Shown: positions 24,446 to 39,073 of the stretch, one piece after another
Numbering within the stretch: the stretch's first letter is position 1
Layout: each line of letters opens with the position of its first letter
Source: Antedon mediterranea
Lineage: Eukaryota > Animalia > Echinodermata
Reading direction: 5' to 3'
NCBI RefSeq assembly: GCF_964355755.1
Contig: NC_092672.1
Span: forward strand, 30,138,437 to 30,202,436
DNA length: 64,000 nt
Program-made: the position numbers and the translations under genes
The notes under the pieces: generated by a model
Seen by the model: only the letters and a program-made list of their open reading frames with translations
Told to the model about the DNA's origin: nothing
The model's database searches: none

Positions 24446-26383
24446 ATGAAGTCTTTGTTGTTTATTTCATTTAAACTTTTCATTGTAGGATCAGTGTTTT
24501 TTTTTGTAATACAACATTGGTTAGAAACAAAATCGTATCTTTTTGATGACCAAAAAATAGCCAAAATTGCTGAAAAATATGTTGGTGAGTATCATCATGC
24601 CTAGGTATATCATGCAGAACAGAGTATTAAAAATACAATTTATTATAATTATAAATGTTGAAATGAAATGGGAGTACATATTACAGTTAGCGCTCATACA
24701 GTTAGTGTGTACGTACTTCATGTTTACTTATTATAATAGATAAACAGGCTATGATTACGTTAGATCCAACCATACATACATGGGGCCATTTATTTTCTAG
24801 TACTAGTAGTTTTCTAGACTTTTAATTAAAATAGTGGGTTATTAAATAAGCAATTCTTACTTGTTTTGTTTTGATTTATACATCAGCATGGTTGACATTT
24901 ATTTTAAGACTCTTTAGTGTTGAACATAGCTGGCCACCATAACTTTCTTTCTAGGCCTTCCTCATAACGAAGCCTTCAATCGTGTTGCCAATGAACTGAG
25001 AGACAAATACCCTGGCCACATACTACCAAAAGAGGATGAACAATGGATCTTTATGAATGCTGGGGGATGGATGGGGTCTATATGTATTCTGCACGCATCC
25101 GTCACTGAATATGTTCTGTTTTTCGGCACAGCGGTTGATACTGGTGGCCATTCTGGTAATGTTCTTTTTTTTTATCTTTTCGTTAAAAGATATAATATTG
25201 TCCCCAGAAAAAAATTCATTTTTTAATTTTTTGTCAAATATGCTGTCACATAATAATAGTTGCTCACTTTGACAAAAAAATGGATCCAACAAAAATATAT
25301 TTACCTGAAAAACTGTATGTAATTTAAAGCACAAAAATAGTCAAATTGACTAGAAAAAAGTCACTCAATTGGTTTTTGGTTGAAGTTAACCATTTATTTT
25401 GTATTTTTATAAGTGAAAACATTTTTTTTATTTTTCCATGGAAGTGATTAACTTTATTAAAACTTCAAAATTCTTCTTTTTTTTATTAATCTTCATTTTT
25501 TGTTTTTGGGGATAATACGTCTTTAAATAAAAAACAAAAACAAAAATAAAAAAATAATTAAAGTAATTTTTTGTTAAATAATGATAAATGATAAATAGTA
25601 ATTGAAGATAATAAGTATTTGTTTTATTATTGCACATTTTTATTGTTTATACCTTTTGCTTCAAACATTTATTTTGTAATAATTATTTAATGCAGGTCGA
25701 TATTGGGCCAATATATCTGATACAATTATGACAGGAACATTTAGACAATGGAAAGAAGAAACAACAGAAAGCCAAGTCTACTATCCAGGTTAGTGGAGCA
25801 AAAATTTAATATAGTTATGCAGTTGTACCCCACCATGCAATCCATAGCACGCCAGCCAACTCAAATCAATTCTGCCTCATTTTCCACATTTTACTGGTAC
25901 CGGTGTTGACCAATTAGCTCTGTGGCAAAGTTGATGCAGGGCCAGTTGACTTTAGGGCAGTTGACTTGGGGCTGAGATGGTCACTAGAATTGACTTGAAA
26001 ACGACTTTCACCTTTATATGGTTTGTCGTCTATATTTTTGTATAGTTTTTAAGAGGGTCTCTTCAAGTCAGCCGTACTGCTGTAGGACAGCTGTTGGAGC
26101 TACCCTTGTGAAAGAAAGTTTAATAAATAAATATCTGTCTTTGTTTGTTTCGTTAGGTACCACACTACTTCATGCCTGGGGTGAAGCAACGTCTGTTCAG
26201 TGGTCGGCAGGGACGTGGATGGTAGAATACGGACGTGGCTTTATCCCATCAACAGTGCCCTTCGCACTCTCCGACACTCTTTTCGGTACACAGGATATAC
26301 TAACTTTATTTTATACATTCAGAATCTATGGGAAAGCATTACTATTAGAAGGACAATTCTATCTAAACTCTTTCCTAAATTAA
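24446..26383 (+). CDS. SIGMAR1: Sigma non-opioid intracellular receptor 1, 219 aa
   Basis: 4 exons: 24446-24584, 24955-25155, 25696-25788, 26157-26383 (660 nt). Motifs: [62 protein letters not shown]. Confidence 0.97.
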
Positions 26384-26595
26384 GGAACTGTGTCAAAATT
26401 ATTATACTGCAGTTACTGCAGTAACTACATATTTAGCATGCTGGGATTGCTCGTAACATTTTTGATACAAATTATGATTTATTGTAATAAAAAATACAGT
26501 AACTGCAGTAGAATAATTTTGGCATAAAATTCCTAAACATATTAAATTTGTATGTTTTAAAACAAAGATTGTTATTAAGTTGAAAGCTAGATTAA

Positions 26596-27145
26596 AGATG
26601 TATTGTCCCTTTGACTAATTCCAAAAAAAATAAAAAATAAAAGATTTCGAAAAAAGGTGGGTCATTTTGAAGTATCATAATAGTTATTAACTATCACCAA
26701 AAATTTTTAGGAAAAAAAAAAATTTAACTGAAATACAGACGTTTTTTAGTTAAAAAAATAACTTTGACTTCCAGTCAAAGTTTTCAATCAAAACATATCC
26801 CATAATGAAACGCACTTGTTTGGCTACTCTGTGTATGCATAATCATAAAACTTCCTCATGATCTGTGTGAAAATACCTTCTTAACCGTGACGAGTTGTAA
26901 ACAATCCTAATTTAGCATATGCATAATGCGTACTCATGGTTTGAAATCTTTGTTTACTTTCGCTCGTGACGATTTTCCAGATGAAATGTAATTAAACTAA
27001 TTTACCTGTTAATTACGTAAACTTGTTGTTTTTGGCTCGAATTTTCGACTTAAAGTGAATAACTTTAATATTACTTTGATATGGCCACTTTAAATTTAGA
27101 ATATTTTGACTTTCATTTTTTTGTGTTTCAAGGGACAATACATCT
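26596..27145. mobile_element. Non-autonomous DNA transposon family C (TIR AGATGTATTGTCCC, TTAA target; Kolobok/piggyBac-like)
   Basis: TTAA|AGATGTATTGTCCC ... GGGACAATACATCT. Inverted copy at 34737-35274, nested in a family B MITE. Partial copy at 22715-23100. Confidence 0.75.
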
Positions 27146-28478
27146 TCTAAAAACAAATTCTATAGGAAAGAAACATACAACCAATTCTTCAATGCAATAT
27201 GGGTTATATTACTGCAAAACAGATATGTTAGTTTAAAGCCTGCCTTTACAAAAGTACTACATCACTGCGCGTGTGCTATGTGTATGTATTTTATCAATTG
27301 ATTATTTCATCTTTGAGCTATTTATTTAAATATCTATCAAACAGTAGGCGTACTGTATTAAACGTTGTTATATACTTCTTCATAAAATAGTATAAATTAA
27401 ACAGAAACAATGGCCAGATTAAAAAGTAATCCTGCTCCGTTTGTGGTATTATTTGGCTTATAAAATCTTTAGTTTAAACACCTTTTAAGCAATTTTATGA
27501 AATCTAGCCTTAATAACAATCTTTGCTTTAAAACATACAAATATAATAACTTTTAAGCAATTTTAATGTATGCAAATCATGAAGATTATTTAAACATTTT
27601 AAGAAATTTTAACACTGAAACAATATATTTTAATTGATTTTATAAAATAACAGTATTTTATCAAAATTGAACACCATCCATTTTTGTCTGCTATATAAGA
27701 ACAATGGAAGGCCATTTAAATTAATCTTATAAACAAATGTGTTACAAACTATGAGAATAATAAATAAAGAAATAAAATAAACAAACACTTTTCTGTCTTA
27801 ATTGTATTTTATTTTAAAAATTTGTCTCAGTTTTTAGCTTGAGAACATGTTTAAACATTAGTTTTAGTTGACCCTATGAAAAGAAGAAAAATACACCAAT
27901 GCATCTTTACAATAGTCGTAAATTGTTTAGCTTAGAAAAGATTAGAACACAGATTTAAGTATGAATTCCCACTGCCTGCCTTTAACAAAATAACAGCAAT
28001 TGGGGCTTGCCATTTCATTTTCAGTCACCGGGATAGTCAACGGGTAAAAGTGGTGCTAGCCTAAACAAACACTCTGAAACCTCCAAAACAGTGGCATAAT
28101 GTAGGGAGAAAAGGCTTTGGATTAGAACTCTTAAGGGACCCTCCAATGCTGGGTAATTGCATTGGACTGCTCATGCTCTGGGGCCCCTGGGTTTAGCCAG
28201 TGAGCGCTCATAGCCATAACCTACTGCCCAACAAGCTGAACAAAAACTCATAAAATGGTTTGTACAGCAGGTACAGATCAGACTAGTCTGGTACTGTATT
28301 AAATTTTCGACTGGCTATCCTGGAATTATTTTTACAAGACATTATACATACAGCTTAGAACTGAAATATCTCCTACATTTATATTCTCAATTCATGGGTA
28401 GAGTACAAAATATCATTTCTTATGCTTTCACCTAAGATAGATCTTGTTTCGTTGTATTGTATTGGGTTATTTTACGGT

Positions 28479-31400
28479 TCAGTCTGTTTTATTTTCCTCA
28501 ACCACCGCTGGCCCTCTTCCACGTAATTTCCGTTCTTGTTCCTTCAACTCCGTTATTTCTTGCTGTAGTTCCATGCAGACTCGTTCAATCTCATAGTTTT
28601 TGGCCACAAGTGAAATCCAACTGTGAATATAATTGAGACGACATTATAAGGTTTATCGCAAATAGCATGTGTGATGCATGGTGGGAAGGATTTTAAAGCA
28701 AACATCACGATGCGTACGTGATTTGGTGTTTGTACGTGAACCCAAACCCTTTCCATCATGCATTGTGCAAGTTCTATACAAAATCAAGTTATTAAATAAA
28801 TGTTTAGCGAATTTTTTTCTGATTGGACACAAATAAATGAATTTAAAATTATACTTTTTATTTGTTTTTTTTGGGGCGATTTTGGGGCCGACAATTACTG
28901 TACATTTGAAATAAAATATAAAATTATTAAAATAAAAATATTTTACCTTTCTTCCAACTGCCTAAGTTCTCCACCAGCAATTATCTAAAATAAAGACAAA
29001 ATTGAAACTAAAATAAGCAATTGTGTACATTGTTTCTACCAAGTGCGTAAAGCTCTGTCTACACATCAAACTACTTTGACAAAAAAAGTGTGATGTACCC
29101 CAATATGGTAGTGATATGTCCAAATATAATAGTGATATGGCATCATCATGTCCATATATGGGCACATCAAAATTTTGTTTCACATTATGTTTGATAGTGT
29201 AGACAGAGCTTAATACTGAATATATCATTGTGAATTTATCATCCACAAAATAGGTCATGGTACGAACATGCAGATTAACATCCAATTAAAATATATAAAT
29301 CAATTTTCTTAACGTCGAAAAACGTTAGAAACACGATAACAACCCAGATACTAGCCTCCTGTATAATTTATTTGATGATAATTTTCAACCAACCTGATCA
29401 TTTTTCCTTTTCCAATTAATTTCTTGAATTCTTTTCCGTAAAGATTGTTGTATTTTCTGAGCATTATCCAACATTTTTACCAATACTCTGAAAGTTTACA
29501 AATTATTCATTATTAAGCTCTATCTATTAGTGTTAGCCTAAAGCTCTGTCAACACTATCAAAAACTAATTTTATGAAAAAAGTGCCCAAATATGAAAGTG
29601 ATATGCCTAAATATGGTAGTGATAATTTATGACATCATCATGTCCATATATGGGCACATCACATTTTTTTGTCACATAAAGTTTGATAGTGTAGACAGAG
29701 CTTTAGTAACTTAAACATTATTAAATAATCTCACTTGAGTTTGTGGACTGTACCATTTATACACAGGGTGTCTCCAATTTGTCTCTCTCTCTCTTTTCTA
29801 GGCATTTATTGCTTTATCCAGATAGGATAGACTTGGCATAAAACTTGATAACTATTAAATAATTTAAGTTTGTGGACTGTATCATTTATAACACAGGGTG
29901 TTTCTAATTTGTCTCTCTTTTCTAGGCATCTGTTGCTTTATATAGATACTGTAGGATAGGCATAGACCTTTACAGTAATCATACGGTACTTACTCATTGT
30001 GTAATTTCCAGGAATTAGCTCCATATCTTGACATCAATTCCAAGTTAGCTATTCTGAATTTTGGGAATAAATCATTCAAATTACTAAGTTAACATTGAAA
30101 ACTGGTTTTTCATTGAGGCCCTGCATGCAACATTATACATTGTTACAAACTCAGCAGAGACTTAGTTAAAATTAATAAATACATCAAACAATTTTGATTT
30201 GAAAATCCTTAAAGAAGTCTCGGTTCTCAAATTAACGTGCAAAATGTTCCATATATTTGTTCCACTAACACAAAAAGGTGAGGTAACTCTCCTTTTTTAC
30301 AAAAGGGATCTTATGTTTCATAACAGTGGACTGTCTTGTTTCAAAAGTTTTTGAAAGTAAGTCATCAGAGCATAGAAAGAGAGTCTGATGATCGTCTTAC
30401 CTCGCAGACTGATGTTCCAGCTGAGCCATTGAGTTATCAACACATTCATTCCATGCTGTGATATCATTTTGTCGGCCTGATGGTGGTGGCGGTAATTCAT
30501 ACCTGCAAATAATCAATTTGATCAATTAGATTAGCGAGTCAAATGGCCAAGCGGTTAAAACTGTTTGGGCTACCTTGAGTAAAGAAATGTTAATAATAAT
30601 AATAATAACATACTGTCCAACAAACAGGTTGCTGTGGTTTTTTAATAGTAATCCTCTATTTTAGGTACAGTATTAACACAAACAAAAATTATTTTAAAAC
30701 TAGTGTCTATTTACAGGGGGCAGATCTAGGATTTTTTTAACAAGGAGACCTTATAGTACATTAATGTTTACTGTACCTACTGTAAAGAGCCAACAATATC
30801 AGCATGGGTTCGAAGCTTACTTGCTCCTAGTTTTAGTTGTGGAACTAGTCTTCTCGGATAAGGACTATATCATAAACCATAGGTGCAATATACACAGTTT
30901 GCCCGTGTGCACTTTAAAGAACCCAGTTCATTATTCGAGACATGTATAAGGTTACACCAGTGCACTAAATCTTGTAATGTAGTGTAAAAGATAGGACACT
31001 AATTTCAGTTTTTAGGCCCCTCTACTATTTCAAAGTGCTGGATCTGCCACTGATTGGTCGCTGTAAATCAACTATGTTTAGTCAATTGTATGACCCACTA
31101 TACGACCCCCGGGAGAGGTGCGCCATTTACAAATAATTACTGACACAGGGGTGCGTTAAAAAACCTAGAAGGTACGTCACATCAATGAACAATGGTGTGT
31201 CAATGTCCGTCACTTTACCACCCACCATATCATAAACAACATGGTCAAAGTGCGTCAAAATTGCTGCGTCAAATTGGGTGCATCATGGTCACCTAAAGGT
31301 AAGTCATATTTTTTAGGCACTGGTTAGTAATGGTATTCATAAGGTATAACGCACTTCGGGGGTCGTATAGTGGGTCATACAATTGACAAGTGCATTACTG

Positions 31401-33237
31401 ATTTATGGCGACCAATCATAACTCCCTATTTTTTTTCCAGTACAAAATACTAACCTTTTCATACTAAGCATTTCCATAGGTAGTCTAGCAGAGAGCCTTT
31501 CAAACTCATTCTTCATCACCTCCGTCTCGATTGGCACATACTCAATGACCGGCAAATGCTCCAAATAGTTTTTGGTTGGCCGATAACGTCTTGTTTCTTC
31601 TTCAACTAGTGCATATGCCTTTAAAAAAAACATAAATTAGACTTGCATCTCAACATATCGATTAAACAAATCAAATGGTTTTGATCATCGCCGTTGCTAA
31701 AGATACGGTACCGTATCCATATTTTTAAAAACTAAAGATACGGTAATTATAGAGGGCGCTTCCGTTTGCTAAAAGTACGGTAAAATTGCATTCCTAAAAC
31801 TCGTACCTAAATATAAAATTCGTTCCTAAATATAAAACTCGTTCCTAAATATTAAACTCCTTCCTAAATATTAAACTCCTTCCTAAATATTAAAAACCTA
31901 ACCCTCTAAATAATCTCTCTTAAATTAAAAACTAAAATAAAAAAAAGACGTCAAGAAGAGTATCGAACCTCCAACCCCTTAAGCCAAAGCCTCATCACAT
32001 GCCCACCAGGCTACACAGCTGGCTTGCAGAAAACCAATGCAATAACCTATTTTTGATTAACATCCACATTACATAGCGCCCTCTATAATTACCGTACCTT
32101 TAGTTTTTAAAAGTATGGATACGGTACCGTATCTTTAGCCATAACGTTAAATCATTATGAATGCGTGCAATAACTAAACTTTAAACTGGACCTGGTGGTG
32201 GTGTTTGATTTAAATTTACTAGAATGCACCCACATTTCAAATGGAATAATCCACTGAGAAGACCAGGGGTGGATTGCTATAAAACAGTCTTAACTGATGG
32301 TCTTAACTCCCCGATTAAAGCCGGCTTTATCAGATAGACGGTCTTATTAAAGCCACTCCTGATAGACCATTGCTATAAAAGAGTCTTGGATAAGACCGCG
32401 TAAAGTAACAAATTGAGGGCGTAGTTTGCGCGTAGAATACCAAATAAGGTAATGTTCGTCCCGCTTGTTCAATTCACAATCATAACAGTACGTACATTTC
32501 TACGCGAGAAAATCCATTCTAGGCCTATATAAGAATAAAATCACCGTTATTATTTGATTTAACACTTAAAACTCGTTTAATTGGTTGTCTTTGACGATAA
32601 ATAATACGTAAAAGCAACAAAAAGAGAGGTTTAAGACTGTTTTAAGACTCCTTCGAGTAGGCTTTAATTTTAAAGACCGTTTACAGGTCAGACCGCGGTA
32701 TAGCAATGGTCTATAAATAAAGACTACTTGCTACGTCACGAATTATAGCCGGCTAAGCGCTAAGACTGTTTACAGACCGCTTATAGCAATCCGCCCCAGA
32801 ACAAGTGGGACAGTTGGCACGTCATACATGACGTATTAATTATGTATGGGCATTCAAACATTGCGGCCGAACACGACGTACTGTACACTTTATGGTAGTG
32901 TATGAGGAATACACCGTGTATGATATGGTATGATGGCAAGCCTCCGCCAAAAAACAAAAAGAACTAGGCTTATCCTCTAGTAGTAGGCGGCAGCCTAACT
33001 TACTAGGCTAGTAGCCTAGCTAGCTAGGGCCGGCTAGCTAGGCCTACTAGCCTCTAGTATCTTAGTTTTAGCCTTAGATACAAGCCGTCTACCAAGAGTA
33101 CTAGGGCCTAGACTGACCAGTGTCTATTCAGAATATAGATAAATCCTAAATAACGTTCTTACCGCTTCTCTTACGCCAGGCTCATCGTAACCTTGATCGT
33201 AATACGGCAAAGCATCAACAATTACCTCACCCGCCAT
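28479..33237 (-). CDS. BCAS2: Pre-mRNA-splicing factor SPF27 (BCAS2), 224 aa
   Basis: 7 exons: 33237-33163, 31618-31455, 30502-30401, 30053-29994, 29487-29394, 28984-28947, 28620-28479 (675 nt). Translation includes [88 protein letters not shown]. Confidence 0.97.
29051..29210. mobile_element. MITE family B copy
   Basis: AGCTCTGTCTACAC ... GTGTAGACAGAGCT with TAA flanks. Confidence 0.8.
30534..30965 (+). mobile_element. Degenerate, interrupted copy of the same tRNA-derived SINE, in a BCAS2 intron
   Basis: AGCGAGTCAAATGGCCAAGCGGTTAA..GGGTTCGAAGC..GTCTTCTCGGATAAGGACTA..CTTTAAAGAACCCAGTTCATTATTCGA matches the reverse complement of 5005-5337. Confidence 0.6.
31081..31387. mobile_element. MITE with 31-bp perfect TIRs
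   Basis: GTCAATTGTATGACCCACTATACGACCCCCG ... CGGGGGTCGTATAGTGGGTCATACAATTGAC. Confidence 0.75.
31696..32139. mobile_element. MITE with ~65-bp TIRs and an internal ~19-bp tandem repeat
   Basis: GCTAAAGATACGGTACCGTATCCAT..AGAGGGCGCT pairs with AGCGCCCTCT..ATGGATACGGTACCGTATCTTTAGC. (CCTAAATATTAAACTC..)n at 31793-31895. Confidence 0.7.
32264..32799. mobile_element. MITE (TIR CAGGGGYGGATTGCTATAA)
   Basis: CAGGGGTGGATTGCTATAA ... TTATAGCAATCCGCCCCAG. Confidence 0.65.
32964..33112. repeat. Low-complexity TAGGCCTA/CTAG-rich tract at the start of BCAS2 intron 1
   Basis: Same motif composition as 23545-24120. Confidence 0.75.
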
Positions 33238-34736
33238 GTTTCGTTTTTTTTTAATGCGCTTAACAAAATTGTTTGTTGGTATGATCTGACCTATGTTTAC
33301 TCGACAAAAACACGCTTTACCTTATGAGGGCACTCTACCGATTTTAGAAATTTTTTTAAAACATGCAGACAGCTGCAGCATGTGTAGATGACAATTAAAA
33401 TATTAAACGTGCAAAACTGTACTCAATAAAATTTGCATTAAAAGTTTCTTGAATGCTTTTTTTTGGGCCCGATGTATAAAAACTCGATATGAACGATGTT
33501 TGTATAGGCTACTCGACACGAGAGAGCGACGTGTGTGTCTCGACGTGTGACAACTTGATAGATACGTTCCTCTGGCGTGCCATAATAACAAAATTAAACA
33601 AACCTATTGTATTCCATATTTTAAAATTATATAAAATACATTTTACACGAAACCTTTTTCTTTGCAGAATAATAATAATACAAACTAGCAGTTATGCGCC
33701 ATGATGTTCAGAGATCACAGCCTCCGCCGTCCTTTGATAGTTTTTGAAAACCGTTCAGTCGGTTCCTACATAGAGATATTATAATATCTTATAAGACTGA
33801 CCATAGTGAGGATTTTATCCCATCAGAATCCTGATCCCGTAATCGAACGGGATCCTGGCCTGATGGACGGTTCATCGTTATGCCTACTGTTTATTTTGAT
33901 AGAACAATACGACCCGGATTCATGATCGGTATCATTTTTAACTAAACTAATTGTCCAGGTCTCTGTGTTTTCGTAACACGCTAGATTACAAAGAGGAATT
34001 ATAAATGATGCATCGCTTTACCCCAGGACGGTGCCAAGGCACACGCAATCAAAATTAGGCAGCTCTGCTTGGCTTCCCACAAGGAGGCAGTTAAGCGTGG
34101 TTCCCACTATCGAGGCAAGGAGCAAACGACGCATACAGAACGCAAGGTCATCGCATGATCATTGTCTGCGTTGTGTGGATCAAGCGTGGTTCCCACTAGG
34201 ACGCAGCCCAACGCTAGTGGGAACCGTACAACCAAACATCAGCTGGTTCCTACGAGCGACGCAACGTAACGCAATCTACGCGACGTAAGCAAAAATGCCC
34301 TTGTGTTTTCCCCCACTTGCGTGAAATCAAACCTGCAATGTTTGCAGCACTATCGCGTCGTCGGTTCCCACTTGTGATTACGCAATATAACATTTTACGT
34401 CACTGCGTTGCGTTCTATAGTGGGAACCACGCTTGATCCACACAACGCAGACGACGATCATGCGATGACCTTGCGTTATGTGTGCGTCGTTGGTGACGCG
34501 TCCAAGCGGTAACAAAGCTTTTTAGTGTGTGTAAAAACTTATATAATTTCATTGTTGTGGCGGTGTATGCAATGTACCAAATAGGTCGTCAGAGGTGTGC
34601 TTAGGTTTGTGCGTAGGATTGTTTGTGTTTATTTGTCAATTATTACACATAATTATCAATTCAATGACACTAAACCTCTGTCTTCTACTCTTAGCAAACT
34701 TTATGTGACAAAAAAATATGATGTCATATCACTACC

Positions 34737-35274
34737 AGATGTATTGTCCCTTGAAACACAAAAAATGAAAAAAAAAATATTCTAAATTTAAAATGACCAT
34801 ATCAAAGTAATATTAAAGTTATTCACTTTAAGTCGAAAATTCGAGCCAAAAACAACAGTTTACGTAATTAACAGGTAAATTAATTAGATTACATTTCGTC
34901 TGAGAAATCGTCGCAAGCGAAAGTAAACAAAGATTTCAAACCATGAGTATGCATTATGCATGATGCTAATTAGGATTGTTTACAACTTATCACGGTTGAG
35001 AAGGTGTTTTCACACAGATCGCAAGGAAGTTTTATGATTATACATACAGAGTAGCCAAACAAGCGCATTATGGGATATGTTTTGATTGAAAACTTTGACT
35101 GGAAGTCAAAGTTATTTTTTGAACAAAAAAACATCTGTATTTCGGTTAAATTATTTTTTTTTGACTAATTTTTGGTGAAAGTTAATAACTATTATGATAC
35201 TTCAAAATGATCCACTTTTTTTCGAAATAAAAAAAAATTTTTTTTTCGGAATTAGTCAAAGGGACAATACATCT
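34737..35274. mobile_element. Family C transposon copy in inverted orientation
   Basis: Reverse complement of 26596-27145 with both TIRs present, followed by TTAA. Confidence 0.75.
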
Positions 35275-35701
35275 TTAAGCATAATAACACTACCATATTT
35301 GGGAACATCACATGTGTAGATGTAGATGTAGTGTAGATAAAGCGTTAGAAGAAAAGGGTGAGCATGCAGAGGCAATTTACACGGATAAACTCCACCGCAT
35401 ATCGATATACTGCTGGGAATCAGAATTAATTTAAAAACACCAGAAGGTGAGAAAATGTAATTTCATTTTGATTCTAAATTATCCCGGATAGGTAAAATTC
35501 AATAGCATCGACGTTCCGTTTCCGCTTAACAACCGTCTCCTGGCGCCATTGATTTTACCGTCTCTAACCTTTGTAAGTAAATTGTTTTTAGGTTATAATG
35601 GTTATGGATTAGCTTATAATTGCATGTATTAGTTATTTAAACATACGTTCATACTTCTTTTGTGTAAATGGTACATTGATATTTGTTCCGCGTATTTCGA
35701 A

Positions 35702-38700
35702 ATGAATTCAGAAGAAGCTAAGCTGTACTCTAAAACTAGAGATGTACAACGAATGTCATTTAAGCTTTACGTGCAACGCCATTTGACAATCGATGCAAAT
35801 GACCGTATTTTGGATGTTGGTTGTGGAACTGGTGATTTGGTCTATGAGATGGGAGCCATTGCTCATTCAGTAATTGGTGAGTAGTTATACAGGTTTGTTG
35901 TCAGTATAGGTTGGATACAAAAAAAAACCCAGTAGATAAGTTCTGTAACAATTAATGAAAGGGGATGGAAATAGGCCACCTGGTTATTTCTAGTCTTCCA
36001 AAAGATGCACTGAACACTAATACGAATCCACTGGGTTGTGTTCGCACACCAGCCAGAGTACACTGACTGTACCTCCCGTTTTAAGTCGATTAAAGTTTCA
36101 CCACCAGAACTATGGTCGACGAGTGGGTGAAAATAATCCAGTCGAATTTTAAAATTGTATAAGAAAACTCTACTTGGTTGGAATCATTATTAAAAAAACA
36201 TATGACAAATGACCGTACTGTATAAGTTGAGCAGATAACTGAAGAAACAAATTTGATTCTTTGACTGCAAAAACGTTTTATTATTTAAGTGTTCTGACGT
36301 GTCTGTTTTTTTTATGAATATGAAGATTAAATAATCATCTGATTTTTTAAATGTATTTAATCGAATAGTAGACATACTATTACAGTGGCCTGTAAGTTTC
36401 ACGGCATTTTTTTTCAAGCCATGGCAATTTAAAAGAAAAAACACGGCAATTTACAAAAAAAAGAAGCCACGCAAATTTGAAAATAAAACGTCACGGAAAA
36501 TTAAGAATAAAACATCACGGACGGCAAAAGTGGTATTATTCTGTAGTTTGCCGTGGTGTTTCCTTTGATTTGCCGTGGCGTTTCATTTTCAAGTTGCCGT
36601 GGTATTTTGGTAAATAGCCGTGATGTTTTATATTCAAAAATTGGCGTGTTGTTTTTTTTTTTGTGAATTGCCGTGGCTTTTTTTTTTAATTGCCGTGACA
36701 CTTACCGTGCCGTGACACTTACCGTACAATATTTCAGATTAACAGTTTTTCCTTTTTCTCCGTGTATTCATTTTGACAAAGTTGACATTAAAATTCTTAC
36801 AAAAATGTTATTGTTATGTTTCCCCAAAGGAGTACCTCTTATACATCCTCATTAAGTATTGATTAATTAATATTGAAAGTGGGAACGGTTTTCAATTTTA
36901 AATCAGGCTATATGTACTGCTATATGGATGTGTACGGATATAATTATTATGGATGGTACCGTTTTTGTACTACCAGTCACGTATAGATTCTAATGAAATT
37001 TTGTGGAAGCCAATTGGCCCGGATGGCAAATCAATCAAACTTGTAGGGGCGGGGCATAATCGTATCGGGCGCCAAACATATTTGATCATGAATTAAGAAA
37101 AGCGTATAGTAGTGTCCTGTTGTTTGATTGACTTGCTTAGATGTTTCTTAGGAAAAACCCAAGAGTAGTGTTTTTTTAACAATATGTTCTATAAAAGCGC
37201 GATGCAGCAATTTATAATGAGCGGTTGCTAGATTTCGAAGAAAATTAAGATTCAAGAAATTGTATTATGCAGTGTTGATTTTCTCAATTGAGGTAAACAA
37301 CCAAACCTGAAGTCTGCAAAATAATGACAAACAATTAGTTCAAAGTTCAAATGATGTTTCCTTCTAGACTAGGCAATACAACAAATCACACATATATTAA
37401 AACTAAAAAAAAAACGCAAATTAGCCTCGTCTCATGAAATAAATATTCTTGCCAGACTTCACATTAAATCATGCTCATCTTTATAATCAGTTATAATGTT
37501 ATTGTCTTCATACTTTCCGTTGGCGAATTATTTTCTTTCGAATCTTTAAATTAGTTTCTTAAATTATCTTTATCTTTAGGTCATGACATATCAAAGGAGA
37601 TGATAGAAGTTGCACGACGAAAATACCAACGAGAAAATGTGTCATACGAAATTACAGATATTGAAAACTGTCTTGAAAAGTTTCCTACCTGGAAAGGTTC
37701 TTTCAACAAGGTCGTATCTGTGCATGTACTGCATTGGGTCAAAGACAGAAAACAAGCTTTACGAAATATTTACGATTGTCTTAGCGAAACTGGACAGTGT
37801 TTTCTTTTAGTTTGTGGTCCACTTCATCAACTGTTGGGTCACAGAAAAGATGAACTTCCGCATTTCCTGGAGAATCACATAAAATGGAAACAACACCTTA
37901 AAGTATGAAGCCTAAAGCATTTCATATATCTGTTTCCACTTAATAGTATACCGTAAACCATCGAATAGAAGCCTCCCTCTTTGGTCTGCAAAAGTAATCT
38001 CGAAAAGAAGCCCATCTCGAACGAAATCAAGCCCACTAGGCTTCTTTTCAAGATTTAAATATCAAAGAAACAAGTTCCCAGATAATGATGATCGAATTTA
38101 TATCGTACATTTATTTTATGGTATTTTGATCACAAATATGTAAAATTGGCAGGTAATGTCGAAAAAATCATACTAATGTATAAGTGTAATTCACAAATTT
38201 ACAGCTTTTAGTTTGCAAAAGTAATCTCGAAAAGAAGATCACCCAAAAGTCTAATAAAAAAAGAAGCGTGGGCTTCTTTTCGACGTTTTACGGTATCATT
38301 CTTCTAAGCGTAGGCCTAAATCTTCTAATGAAAACATGTTGAGAATTGGCCTGAGATCGCATCTTCGAACGTTAAAGTAATTTATCTTCTATCATAATAT
38401 TATACCAGTAGTGTATGTCAATTAATTAATGTACGGCCTACGTCTATTTATTACAATTTTAAAATTCTTCTTGTAAGATAATATTTTTCACTAAGACTTA
38501 AAGAAATGTATGTTTATTGATACATTCCTTAGGGTTACCAACACAAGATGTATAATCATTTAACACTGGACGAAAATATTCAATTGTTGAAATTGGTTGG
38601 TTTTGAAGAGGTCGAGGGCTTCCTACACACGCCCTGTAGTGAAATGGATATCCTTAGCAAAGAGCAGTTAAGAGGTAAGTATTTTCTGTGTTATCAACAC

Positions 38701-39073
38701 AACAAGGCCATATACATGGCTGCAGTTGCGTGCTCAAGTTAGTGTTTACCGACCAACCGACCGACCGACATAGTGAGCTGAAGAGTCGCGTTGCACGCGA
38801 CTAAAAATCACAATACAGCGATATGATGGGTTGCCGTATGAAACGATTATTACTAACCATTGTTGGGTTTCAGATTATGTCCGCACACTTGTTGGTCATG
38901 TAAAGTACGTTCCAGAACAGTATCGGTCTGAGATTGTGGCAGATGCTACTGACTGGTGCTATGAGAACTTTCCTGTTAACCAACGAGGAAACAGATACAT
39001 TGGTCTCGACATAATGGTGTTCCGAGCAACAAAACCAAAATGGACAACGCATGGATGTGAAGCACAACAATAG
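35702..39073 (+). CDS. Class I SAM-dependent methyltransferase, juvenile hormone acid O-methyltransferase-like, ~279 aa
   Basis: 4 exons: 35702-35876, 37580-37902, 38533-38674, 38874-39073 (840 nt). Motif I ILDVGCGTG, then GHDISKEMIEVA, then FNKVVSVHVLHWVKDRKQALRNIYDCL. AATAAA at ~39123. Confidence 0.88.
37951..38293. mobile_element. Tc1/mariner-superfamily (pogo/Tc2-like) MITE with TA target duplication
   Basis: TA|CCGTAAACCATCGAATAGAAGCC ... GGCTTCTTTTCGACGTTTTACGG|TA. Confidence 0.7.
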
